In this document: positions 24,144-32,102 of the stretch, in pieces
Layout: every line of letters starts with the position of its first letter
Numbering within the stretch: position 1 is the stretch's first letter
Virus record (IMG/VR): IMGVR_UViG_3300045988_045233
Location: 1-45,005 of that record
From: a virus
Direction: 5' to 3' (one strand)
Length of the DNA: 45,005 nt
Translations under genes and position numbers: made by a program
The notes under the pieces: generated by a model
What the model was told of the DNA's origin: nothing
Databases searched by the model: none
Seen by the model: the letters and a program-made list of their open reading frames with translations, nothing else

Positions 24144-24773
24144 ATGAAAACCAAAATTTTGAAAGTCAAGATCACCTTCCTGGAGCCGGTGCTGGGCACT
24201 TGGCCCTCCAACCAGAACGTTGCCCGGGACTTCATTGCCAGCAAGAGCCCGGATGCAGCCACGATCGAGGACGAGGTTGCCGCTCTGGGCGCGGATGCCG
24301 TGGCAGACAAGGGCATGACCGTCTTTCCCCGCAACGAGAACGGAGAGCCGGTGCTCTACGACTACCAGATCAAGGGATTCTTTAAGGATTCCTGCGGTAT
24401 GCTGGCCCGCGTGGGCGGCAAGACCGAAACAGGCAAGAAGCGGGCCGTCAACGAGAGCGGCAAGCTCTCCGCCTACAAGAAGGTCATCGACGGCCTGATC
24501 TTCCCGCAGCCCCGCATGATCCCCATCAAGGTCAACGGCAAGATCGGCGACTGCCAGCGCCCCCTGCGTGCCCAGACGGCCCAGGGTGAGCGTGTGAGCC
24601 TGGCTAACTCCGAGGAGATCCCGGCAGGCAGCACCTGCGAGTTTGAGATCCTTCTCATGGACGAATCGCTCGAGAATGCGGTTCTGGAGTGGCTGGACTA
24701 CGGCGTTCTGCGCGGCATCGGCCAGTGGAGAAACAGCGGAAAGGGCCGCTTCACCTTTGACATCATCGACTGA
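24144..24773 (+). CDS. Hypothetical protein with a RAMP-like (Cas7/Csm3-type) motif pattern
   Basis: ATG at 24144 after TAGGAGAA, 209 aa. Beta-strand start KILKVKITFLEPVLG, mid motif YQIKGFFKDS, C-terminal EEIPAGSTCEFEILL ... GIGQWRNSGKGRFTF glycine-rich loop. Confidence 0.55.
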   Translation: MKTKILKVKITFLEPVLGTWPSNQNVARDFIASKSPDAATIEDEVAALGADAVADKGMTVFPRNENGEPVLYDYQIKGFFKDSCGMLARVGGKTETGKKRAVNESGKLSAYKKVIDGLIFPQPRMIPIKVNGKIGDCQRPLRAQTAQGERVSLANSEEIPAGSTCEFEILLMDESLENAVLEWLDYGVLRGIGQWRNSGKGRFTFDIID

Positions 24774-25410
24774 GCAACGGCATTGCATGGATAGGATTTG
24801 ATCTGCTACGGCAATGATATGATTTGCAAAGGCGCTGAATAGCCTGTAACAGCTTTGCGAAGGCGCGGATATGTGCGCATAACTCGGCAACGGCATTGTG
24901 CTGACAAGTTTGCTCAGCAGGGGCACAGGTAGTCACTGCAGTGCAGCGCGGGGCAAAGGCAAGGCTCAGCTGGAAAGCGCAGCGCAACGGCGTAGATAGG
25001 CGCGTAGATCGCTTGGATCAGACTTGCCTCGATAAGCAAAGCAAAGGCAATGCAGGGCCTCGTGTCGAAAAGCGAAGGCAAGGCTGGGCGTGGTGTGGGC
25101 GGCAAGGCATCGCAAGGGCGTAGAGCAGATACGCGCCGCTCTGCTATGCATTGCAAAGGCATAGCACTTCATGGCTACGGCGATGCGGGGCAAAGAAAAG
25201 CTCAGCGATGGCAAAGAAACGCTGAGTTACGAAATGTTTTGCGACGGCTGTGCGGTGCTGCGTGAAGAAGGGCAAGGGCTTGGAAAAGCGGAGTGGAGCG
25301 AAGCTTTGCTATGGCATGGATAAGCCAGGCTGACCTTTGCAATGCAAAGGCAAAGAAACGCAAGTAGAGGCGGCGAAGCGCGTAGCAAAGGCAAAGCAAA
25401 GTATTCTTGA
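24774..25410. repeat. Purine-rich, ORF-poor tract of degenerate GCAAAGGC-type repeats and palindromes
   Basis: GCAAAGGC at 24826, 24953, 25041, 25153, 25344 and 25386. GCGAAGGC at 24857 and 25072. GGCAAAGAAACGC at 25210 and 25349. GCAACGGCATTG at 24774 and 24887. Palindromes at 24934-24943 and 25334-25350. Confidence 0.7.
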
Positions 25411-25428
25411 ACGAAAGGAGATTTTACA

Positions 25429-25587
25429 GTGAGTAAAACAGAGCTGCTGTTCCGGGCCGTGGAAGCACTTTCCACCCCGGCGGCAAAGGCGGTGGCCCGT
25501 GGGCTGACCTTATGGATCGGATTCAACGTGCTTGTCGTGGTCTTTCTGGTCTGGCGGGCATGGAAAAACGGGAGGTGGCGCAAATGA
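25429..25587 (+). CDS. Small hypothetical membrane protein (52 aa)
   Basis: GTG 8 nt after AAAGGAG. TM LTLWIGFNVLVVVFLVW. Confidence 0.4.
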   Translation: MSKTELLFRAVEALSTPAAKAVARGLTLWIGFNVLVVVFLVWRAWKNGRWRK

Positions 25588-25748
25588 GCACGGTTCAGAT
25601 CTATGGGGCAGATATGTCCTTCCTGAACGAGATCCCTTTCCGGTGTGTGCAGGACGCAGAACAGTATGCGGATCAGCTCAAAAAGACTGACCCGGCGCTC
25701 ACGTACCTTGTCATGGACGATTCCGGGCAGCAGGTATCTATGAGGTGA
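25584..25748 (+). CDS. Hypothetical protein (54 aa)
   Basis: ATGA overlap with the upstream ORF. Confidence 0.45.
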   Translation: MSTVQIYGADMSFLNEIPFRCVQDAEQYADQLKKTDPALTYLVMDDSGQQVSMR

Positions 25749-25872
25749 TCCTTATGCAGTGTGATGAAAAAAAGAGATCTGCCTGAACTATGCGGCCAAT
25801 ATTCCGGAATGGAAGCTGGCGCTGATTCTGGACGCTCTGGCAAAGCTGGGCGATGCATCCCGGTGCTGCGGC

Positions 25873-26175
25873 ATGGTTCAGAAGGCAGTTGCCGGTGGGC
25901 AGTCGTATATGAGACTTCACCCGGACAGGGAATACACAGGAGAGGATCAGGCTGATTATGTGCACATCTGCCAGGAAGCGGCCAGAGCATTGGGCTGCGC
26001 AGTCTATGCGGTGGAGATCGTGCTGTCACAGTCAGAGTGCTTCGGATTGATCAAGGACCTGGCATACGGTGCAGAGACAGCATACAACAGCGCCTATGCT
26101 GAACTGGAGAGCATGTGCCGGAAGCACGGATGCAGAGAGGTGGAGTACAAACATGGACAAAATGACCATTTATGA
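25873..26175 (+). CDS. Hypothetical Cys-rich protein (may begin at 25754 via a frame change at the A7 run)
   Basis: The frame is open from 25768. The only RBS-backed ATG (25754) is in the +1-offset frame and stops after 10 codons. Confidence 0.5.
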   Translation: MVQKAVAGGQSYMRLHPDREYTGEDQADYVHICQEAARALGCAVYAVEIVLSQSECFGLIKDLAYGAETAYNSAYAELESMCRKHGCREVEYKHGQNDHL

Positions 26176-26794
26176 AAGCGCCCGTGGCGTGCCCGATGAA
26201 GCGCGGAAGTCGATCGGCGGCGGCCGCCTGCAGGGTATGACGGACATCAATCCCATGTGGAGGGTCAAGAAGCTGACGGAACTTTTCGGTCCCGCTGGCA
26301 TTGGCTGGCGGTTCGATCCGCCCATCTTTGAGGAAAAGCCCGGAGTAAACGGAGAGATCATGGTGCACTGCTGCACCAATCTTTACATTCGGCAGCTCGA
26401 TGAGAGCGGGGAAAAGAACGAATGGAGCGCCCCGATTCCCGGCGTGGGCGGCTCGATGCTGATCTCCACAGAAAAAGGCGGCAAGCGCACGGATGACGAT
26501 GCCTATAAAAAAGCCTACACGGACGCGCAGAGCGTGGCCTGCAAGGCCCTGGGCATTGGCGCGGATGTTTACTGGGAGAAAGATCCGACCAAGTACGACA
26601 GGCCCACAGCACCGCCCCCGGCAAAGCCCACCTGCGCCAGCTGCGGGAAGCCCGTGGAAGGGTTTACTTACAAGGGCGAAAAGGTCACTGCTCAGCAGGC
26701 AGCTGACCGGAGTAAGAAAAAATACGGGCGTATCCTGTGCATGGAATGCGCCAAAAAGCAGCCGAAAGAAGATGGAGGATTGACGCATGCTTAA
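26153..26794 (+). CDS. Single-strand annealing protein, Rad52/Sak-like, with a C-terminal zinc ribbon
   Basis: GGGRLQGMTDINPMWRVKKLTELFGPAGIGW pattern. CxxC...CxxC at the C-terminus. Located upstream of ssb. Confidence 0.6.
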   Translation: MDKMTIYESARGVPDEARKSIGGGRLQGMTDINPMWRVKKLTELFGPAGIGWRFDPPIFEEKPGVNGEIMVHCCTNLYIRQLDESGEKNEWSAPIPGVGGSMLISTEKGGKRTDDDAYKKAYTDAQSVACKALGIGADVYWEKDPTKYDRPTAPPPAKPTCASCGKPVEGFTYKGEKVTAQQAADRSKKKYGRILCMECAKKQPKEDGGLTHA

Positions 26795-27266
26795 CATCGT
26801 GGCATTGAATGGCCGCCTGACCCATACCCCGGAGCTGAAGACCACCCAGAACGGCACCAGCGTGTGCAGCTTCAGCATTGCGGTTGACCGTACATACACC
26901 CCGAAGGGCGAGGAGCGCAAGGCCGATTTCATCGATATCGTTGCCTGGCGGCAGACGGCAGAGTTTATCTGCAAGTACTTCCAGAAGGGCAGCATGATCG
27001 CCATTGACGGCAGCATCCAGACCCGCTCGTATCAGGACAAGCAGGGCAGCAACCGCACGAAAGTGGAGGTTCTGGCAAACAACGTCAGCTTCTGCGGTCC
27101 AAAGGCGGCAGACAAGCCCGCTGTGTGCGATTTCGATCAGCAGACGGAAAGTTATACTTCCGAAGCAAAAACCTCTTACAGCGCCCCGCAGGCGGCGCAG
27201 AACTTCTCGCAGGGTTCCGCGGATGATTTCGCAGAGATCACAGACGACGGCGATCTCCCGTTCTGA
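26787..27266 (+). CDS. ssb: Single-stranded DNA-binding protein
   Basis: OB-fold N-terminus (NIVALNGRLTHTPELKTTQNGTSVCSFSIAVDR) and an acidic tail ending DDGDLPF. Confidence 0.9.
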   Translation: MLNIVALNGRLTHTPELKTTQNGTSVCSFSIAVDRTYTPKGEERKADFIDIVAWRQTAEFICKYFQKGSMIAIDGSIQTRSYQDKQGSNRTKVEVLANNVSFCGPKAADKPAVCDFDQQTESYTSEAKTSYSAPQAAQNFSQGSADDFAEITDDGDLPF

Positions 27267-27318
27267 CCTCCCAGCTGTGCTATCTGGCTATACGGGCGTG
27301 TAAGGAAGGAGGTGCACC

Positions 27319-28119
27319 GTGGACGATGAAATCAGGCCGAAAGCGTTGATGATTCCATTCGACAAATTTGTGATTTTGGATATTCTTCCACCTGAGCAGT
27401 ACAAAAATACCATCACCAAGATGCGGCGGTATGTGGAGCACGGAGAGGAACCGGATGGACTGGAACCTCTGGAACAGATGGCTTTTGAAGCACTTCGACC
27501 GTTCATGGATGAGAATATTAAAACGTATCAACGTTCCGTTTTGTCTCATAGAGAATCCGGCAGTAAAGGCGGCAGACCCAAGAAAACCGAGAAAAACCAA
27601 ATGGTTATTTCAGAAAACCGAGAGAAACCAAATGGTTTTCCGGAGAAACCGGAAGAAACCAAATGCACACCAAAGTACAAAGGTCAAAGTACAAAGTACA
27701 AAGTACAGTCGTCGTCTACTATCGTAGACTCCGACACGCGCGCGGATGCGCGAGACGACTTGACGACGACCATTGTTTTTGAAGAATTCCGGGGCCGTAT
27801 CGGAAAGCTGAGCGAAACAGGCAAGAAAGAGCTGCCCGTTTACGTTGAGCGCCTTGGTGCTGACCTTGTGACAGAGATCATCCGCAAGTGCGAGGATCTG
27901 GGCGGCCACAGCTGGGCCTATGTACGCAAGGCACTGGCGGAAGCCGCCCGGCAGGGCTGCACGTCTGTGGAAGAGTACCGCAAGACAAACCCCATCGGGG
28001 CGGGGCGTGACAAACTGGTCACGCGCCCCCCAGAAGATGCAGCAAAAGCCCCCGATTTCCTCAAAAACGCTGCAAATCGCAGGCCTTTGCGCAAGAAAGG
28101 AGAGGCGAAGAGTGCCTAA
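27319..28119 (+). CDS. Replication protein with a DnaD/replisome-organiser-like C-terminal domain
   Basis: GTG after GGAAGGAGGTG. C-terminal LVTEIIRKCEDLGGHSWAYVRKALAEAARQG pattern. Confidence 0.65.
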   Translation: MDDEIRPKALMIPFDKFVILDILPPEQYKNTITKMRRYVEHGEEPDGLEPLEQMAFEALRPFMDENIKTYQRSVLSHRESGSKGGRPKKTEKNQMVISENREKPNGFPEKPEETKCTPKYKGQSTKYKVQSSSTIVDSDTRADARDDLTTTIVFEEFRGRIGKLSETGKKELPVYVERLGADLVTEIIRKCEDLGGHSWAYVRKALAEAARQGCTSVEEYRKTNPIGAGRDKLVTRPPEDAAKAPDFLKNAANRRPLRKKGEAKSA

Positions 28120-28294
28120 ATATCACGTTGTTGTGCTGTGCAGCGGCCCGGTAGGAGACGCGGCCCTGACCTACCGTCTGACCGCCAGCAGCCCGCAGGC
28201 CGCAGAATTTCACGCCTGCCAGATGGCGGGCGACCACTACCCGGAGTACCGGGACATCCATGTCAAGAGAACGGAGGTTTTGACACATGGCTGA
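28112..28294 (+). CDS. Small hypothetical protein (60 aa)
   Basis: GTG after AAAGGAGAGG. Overlaps the stop of the replication gene. Confidence 0.4.
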   Translation: MPKYHVVVLCSGPVGDAALTYRLTASSPQAAEFHACQMAGDHYPEYRDIHVKRTEVLTHG

Positions 28295-28691
28295 GAAAAA
28301 GAAGATTGTCCGGCTGGCTGATGTTGGCGAGCTGGAAAACATCTTGAAAAAAGACCTTGCAGAGGAAGAAGCGAAAGGAAAAGATGCTGACACCCTGTTC
28401 TGTGAAGATGTTGCAGGTGAGCTGACGGATCTCGAAAGCCTCCCCACTATTGACCCCGAAAGCCTGCGGCCTGTGTCTGAGTGGGAGCTGAACCCTCACC
28501 GATTTAGCTGCGAGCACTTCCGCTGCAAGTTGTGTCATCACATTTCCTGCCTTACGGATGCTTTTTGCGGCGGGTGCGGAGCTAAGATGAAAAATGCGGG
28601 CACAAAAGCTGAGGATTTGCCGTTACCGATAGATGAGTACGAGTACAAGAAGGGGGAAACGGACAATGTGTGGACCGAAGTGCAATTATGA
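28287..28691 (+). CDS. Hypothetical protein, shared N-terminal module plus zinc ribbon (paralogue of 31731..32102)
   Basis: The N-terminal 65 aa are collinear with 31731..32102, including LPTIDPESLRPV. C-terminal CxxC...CGGCG. Confidence 0.55.
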   Translation: MAEKKKIVRLADVGELENILKKDLAEEEAKGKDADTLFCEDVAGELTDLESLPTIDPESLRPVSEWELNPHRFSCEHFRCKLCHHISCLTDAFCGGCGAKMKNAGTKAEDLPLPIDEYEYKKGETDNVWTEVQL

Positions 28692-29163
28692 TGAGAAACG
28701 CCTGATTGATGCAAATGCTTTGCACAAGCGCATTGAAATGAACCTTCGTGCCAGCAATCCGTTCACTATTGAAGAATGCTGCTATAAGTATGCCCTGAAC
28801 AGTGTGGACGAGGCTCCCACCATTAACCCGGAAACCCTGCGGCCCGTATGGAGAGACCCAGAAACCGACCCGCCGGAGGTCGAAACCGAAGTGCTGATTC
28901 TGTACTGCAATTCGATTAGCAGCTATGGGATTACAACGGCACACTATGAGAACGGTAATGTCTTGTCCCAAAATAGCGCTTTTTACTGGGAAGATCTTTG
29001 GGATTGGGGCCTTTACGACGAAGAACAGGACGATTATCGTATCCCGGAAGGCTGGTGGGAGTATCGGCACTTTAATCCGGACGAAGTTTTTAACAACAGG
29101 GTTGATTATCCGGTTGTGGGCTGGATGCCCTTGCCTCCGAAGGAGGTTGATCAAAATGGCTGA
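28666..29163 (+). CDS. DUF551-type protein with an APTINPETLRPV linker
   Basis: C-terminal WWEY...VVGWMPLPP pattern typical of DUF551. N-terminal KRLIDANAL module. Confidence 0.55.
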   Translation: MCGPKCNYDEKRLIDANALHKRIEMNLRASNPFTIEECCYKYALNSVDEAPTINPETLRPVWRDPETDPPEVETEVLILYCNSISSYGITTAHYENGNVLSQNSAFYWEDLWDWGLYDEEQDDYRIPEGWWEYRHFNPDEVFNNRVDYPVVGWMPLPPKEVDQNG

Positions 29164-29578
29164 GAAACGCCTGATCTATGCGGAGGATGTGATTCAGCAT
29201 CTTGAAAAATGGATTATCGAGGCTGAGAAATGTGAGGCGGCCTCGACATACATTGTGGCAGCCACGCTGAAGCACGTGTTAAAACTCGTCAATTTGGCAC
29301 CTACCGCACACCCTGCATGCACCTGCCAGAAATGGCACCCGGCCAGTGAGATCCCGCTGCTGCACCACGAGGTGGACGAGAATAAATGCGAGGGCACTAT
29401 TGAGTGCGACGTGAGCGAACAGATTCTCTTGTACACGGAAGAGGAGGGCTACAAGGTCGGTGTCTACATGAAGGACTGCTACGGCTTTGACGGCTGGTTG
29501 AACCCTGACTATGGCGGCACCATCCATCATGTGGTGGAGTGGCAGTATCCGCAGAAACCATCAAGGGAGAGAGGCTGA
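29156..29578 (+). CDS. DUF551-type protein
   Basis: RBS AAGGAGG. N-terminal KRLIYAEDV module. C-terminal W...VVEWQYP pattern. Confidence 0.5.
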   Translation: MAEKRLIYAEDVIQHLEKWIIEAEKCEAASTYIVAATLKHVLKLVNLAPTAHPACTCQKWHPASEIPLLHHEVDENKCEGTIECDVSEQILLYTEEEGYKVGVYMKDCYGFDGWLNPDYGGTIHHVVEWQYPQKPSRERG

Positions 29579-29584
29579 ACATTC

Positions 29585-30229
29585 GTGAAGCTGTCAAAAC
29601 GGAGGAAGAGCATGAAACCGAAAACTAAATCAGAGCTGATGGCCGAGTGGGACAGCCAGCCCGGCCGGCTCAAGAAAGAGCGGGAGGTCAAGGCTGTCCG
29701 CAAGGCGATGGACGATGCCCGCGCCGTGATGCAGGACGGTCTGACCCGGTACGTCAAGAAAAAGACCAAAGCCCGCAGCATGGCAAAGGCTGAAGCTAAC
29801 CCCTTTGCTGAGCTGGAAGGCTGGGAAAGCATGGAGCAGATCCAGGATGCCTACGGCTATGGCGAGATCACTGCCGACAGGCGGGATAAACTCACCGACC
29901 TGTGGGAAGCCCGGGAAGCGGCCCAGAAGCAGGAAGAACAGCAGCGCGGAAGGAAGACGCTGCATATGCTGGCCGAAAAAACGATAAAAGAAACTGCGCC
30001 GTGGGAACTGGCGTGGGAAGATGTACAGTTTGGGCTTGAATATTACAAACAACCTCTTCCCGGCGGGGCAATGTTTTGGAAACGAATAGATCAAAACCGC
30101 CAACATGCCGGAATCATGAATTACGACGATTACGCAATCATTTTGCAGGACGGAAAATTTTTTACTTGCGGATGGATTCCGAAAATCAGCGTGATAGCTG
30201 AACTTGTAAGATATTTTGTTTTGAAATAA
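29585..30229 (+). CDS. Hypothetical protein (214 aa; start could be ATG at 29612)
   Basis: Long ORF in the operon. Basic/coiled N-terminal half. Confidence 0.5.
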   Translation: MKLSKRRKSMKPKTKSELMAEWDSQPGRLKKEREVKAVRKAMDDARAVMQDGLTRYVKKKTKARSMAKAEANPFAELEGWESMEQIQDAYGYGEITADRRDKLTDLWEAREAAQKQEEQQRGRKTLHMLAEKTIKETAPWELAWEDVQFGLEYYKQPLPGGAMFWKRIDQNRQHAGIMNYDDYAIILQDGKFFTCGWIPKISVIAELVRYFVLK

Positions 30230-30244
30230 TGGGGTGGACGGACG

Positions 30245-30895
30245 ATGAGAGTGCTTGTTGCTTGCGAAGAATCGCAGGAAGTTTGCAAGGCCTTTCGTGC
30301 GAGAGGTCACGAAGCCTACTCCTGCGATATTCAGGATCCATCCGGCGGACACCCTGAGTGGCATATTCTGGGAGATGCTTTGAAGGCTCTTGAAGGGGGG
30401 CGAATCGTGACAATGGACGGCGTAGAGCATGATGTAGGAAAGTGGGACTTGCTCATTGCACACCCGCCTTGCACATATCTGAGCAACGCCGGAGCAAGGC
30501 ATCTCTGGAAGGGACACCAGCTTCAGGCTGATCGCGTGATGCTCGGAATTCAGGGCCGCGATTTGTTCATGCGGTTTTGGTGGGCAGACGTCCCGAAAAT
30601 TTGCGTAGAGAATCCTATACCGAGCAGAGTTTTTTGTTTGCCGCCATATACACAGGCCATACAGCCGTATGAGTATGGACACCCCTACAGCAAGAAAACA
30701 TGCCTTTGGCTGAAGGGACTTCCGACTTTGCTTCCGACCGATATCGTGGAGCCTGAGGCTACATGGTGCCCGTCCGGCTCATATGCACACAAGCACGATG
30801 AACGCAGCAAGGGCATGTTTACCGCTAACCGTGCAAAAAATCGAGCAAAAACGTTTCCCGGCATTGCAAAAGCAATGTCAGAACAATGGGGGTGA
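30245..30895 (+). CDS. Short DNA cytosine-C5 methyltransferase-like protein
   Basis: 216 aa with AHPPCTYLS (PC catalytic motif) and VENP (ENV-like motif). No obvious target-recognition domain. Confidence 0.55.
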   Translation: MRVLVACEESQEVCKAFRARGHEAYSCDIQDPSGGHPEWHILGDALKALEGGRIVTMDGVEHDVGKWDLLIAHPPCTYLSNAGARHLWKGHQLQADRVMLGIQGRDLFMRFWWADVPKICVENPIPSRVFCLPPYTQAIQPYEYGHPYSKKTCLWLKGLPTLLPTDIVEPEATWCPSGSYAHKHDERSKGMFTANRAKNRAKTFPGIAKAMSEQWG

Positions 30896-30899
30896 TTGT

Positions 30900-31124
30900 A
30901 TGACACAGAAACAGTTTATCAAGCAGCTGATGGGCCGCGGCGTTTCGTATTCGGATGCCTGCGGGCTGGTGGCCTACATGAAAGAGCTTCGCCAGCTGAT
31001 CGAGAAGCATGAGGACGTTGTGATGCTGGCGGATGCAAACACAATGCAGTTCGTCCCGGCAAAGGTTTACTCCTACGAGGAAACCTTCCAACGGATGCAG
31101 GAAGGGAGAGATATCTTTTGCTGA
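30900..31124 (+). CDS. Hypothetical protein (74 aa)
   Basis: ATG at 30900, a few nt after the upstream stop. Confidence 0.45.
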   Translation: MTQKQFIKQLMGRGVSYSDACGLVAYMKELRQLIEKHEDVVMLADANTMQFVPAKVYSYEETFQRMQEGRDIFC

Positions 31125-31738
31125 ATGTGCTTTATATCCCGACAGATAAAGAAGCTGTGGAAGCGGCCCTTGTCCTGCAAAGATATTGCGAGGCAAAATC
31201 TGAAAATGGGTGTAAGGATTGCATCCACAACCTCGGAAGCCATGAAAGTTGTGGTCTTTCTAACGAACTTCCGTATGATTATATTATACCAGATAGAATT
31301 GTAAAAGAAACAGAAGCAAAGCTGAGTGGAAACGAGCTACTGGGAGGCGATGACGATTGCCACCTGATCCTTTACGGCGACCCTCGCACAAAGAAAAACT
31401 CCGCCCGCATCCTTAAGGCCCACGCAAACCGACGCATTGTGGCCCCCAGCGAGGCGTTCATGCAGTATCAGGAAAAGTGCCTGTGGCAGATCAAGCGGCC
31501 TTACAACCCCATCACAGCCCGCGTGAACGTGCGGTGTGTGTACTACATGGCCACCCGGCGCAAGGTTGACCTTGCAAATCTCATCGAGGCTACAACTGAC
31601 ATTCTGGTGAAGGCCAAGGTGCTGGCGGACGATAACAGCCAGATCGTGGCCGCTCACGATGGCAGCCGGGTGGATTACGACAAGAAAAACCCCAGAGCAG
31701 AAATCTGGATCGAGGAAATGGAGGACGAAAATGGATAA
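31118..31738 (+). CDS. RusA-like Holliday junction resolvase with an N-terminal extension
   Basis: The C-terminal ~125 aa show LYGDPRTKKNS ... VDLANLIEATTDILVKAKVLADDNQI, the RusA pattern. The TTG start is uncertain. Confidence 0.65.
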   Translation: MLNVLYIPTDKEAVEAALVLQRYCEAKSENGCKDCIHNLGSHESCGLSNELPYDYIIPDRIVKETEAKLSGNELLGGDDDCHLILYGDPRTKKNSARILKAHANRRIVAPSEAFMQYQEKCLWQIKRPYNPITARVNVRCVYYMATRRKVDLANLIEATTDILVKAKVLADDNSQIVAAHDGSRVDYDKKNPRAEIWIEEMEDENG

Positions 31739-32102
31739 GAAAGAAAAAACTGTACGTTTGGTCGATGTCAGCGAGCTGGAAGCTGACCTCAAAAAAGAAC
31801 TCGCCAAAGAAGATGCCAAGGGCAAGGGTGCCGATATCCTGTTCTGTGAAAGCATCGAAGATGAACTATCAGACCTCGAAAACCTTCCCACCATCGACCC
31901 GAAGTCTCTGCGGCCTGTGGCGCACTGGGAAGAAATTCATGGCTCCTGTGTGAGCAGCGCTGGGAAGAGCGGATCGTGGTGCGTACCTGCAACACGCTGT
32001 ACGAACCCGAAATGCGGAGAGGTCAATCCGTGCGGCCTCAAAACGCCGTTTTGTCCGATGTGCGGATTCAGAATGGAGGACGTGCCGTATGACGATGATT
32101 GA
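31731..32102 (+). CDS. Hypothetical protein, shared N-terminal module plus zinc ribbon (paralogue of 28287..28691)
   Basis: MDKKEKTVRLVDVSELEADLKKELAKEDAKGKGADILFCE...LPTIDPKSLRPV. C-terminal CPMCG. Confidence 0.55.
   Translation: MDKKEKTVRLVDVSELEADLKKELAKEDAKGKGADILFCESIEDELSDLENLPTIDPKSLRPVAHWEEIHGSCVSSAGKSGSWCVPATRCTNPKCGEVNPCGLKTPFCPMCGFRMEDVPYDDD

Noticed and set aside
24774-25410. Possible CRISPR array or coding genes in the repeat tract (track ORFs 24941..25123, 25050..25265 plus, and 24763..25583 minus).
   Set aside because: There is no regular repeat-spacer periodicity and no repeat of 24 nt or longer. The plus-strand ORFs lack usable RBSs and encode K/R/G-rich low-complexity strings. 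The minus-strand ORFs are open only because the plus strand is T-poor. Kept as a repeat/ncRNA/ori candidate instead.
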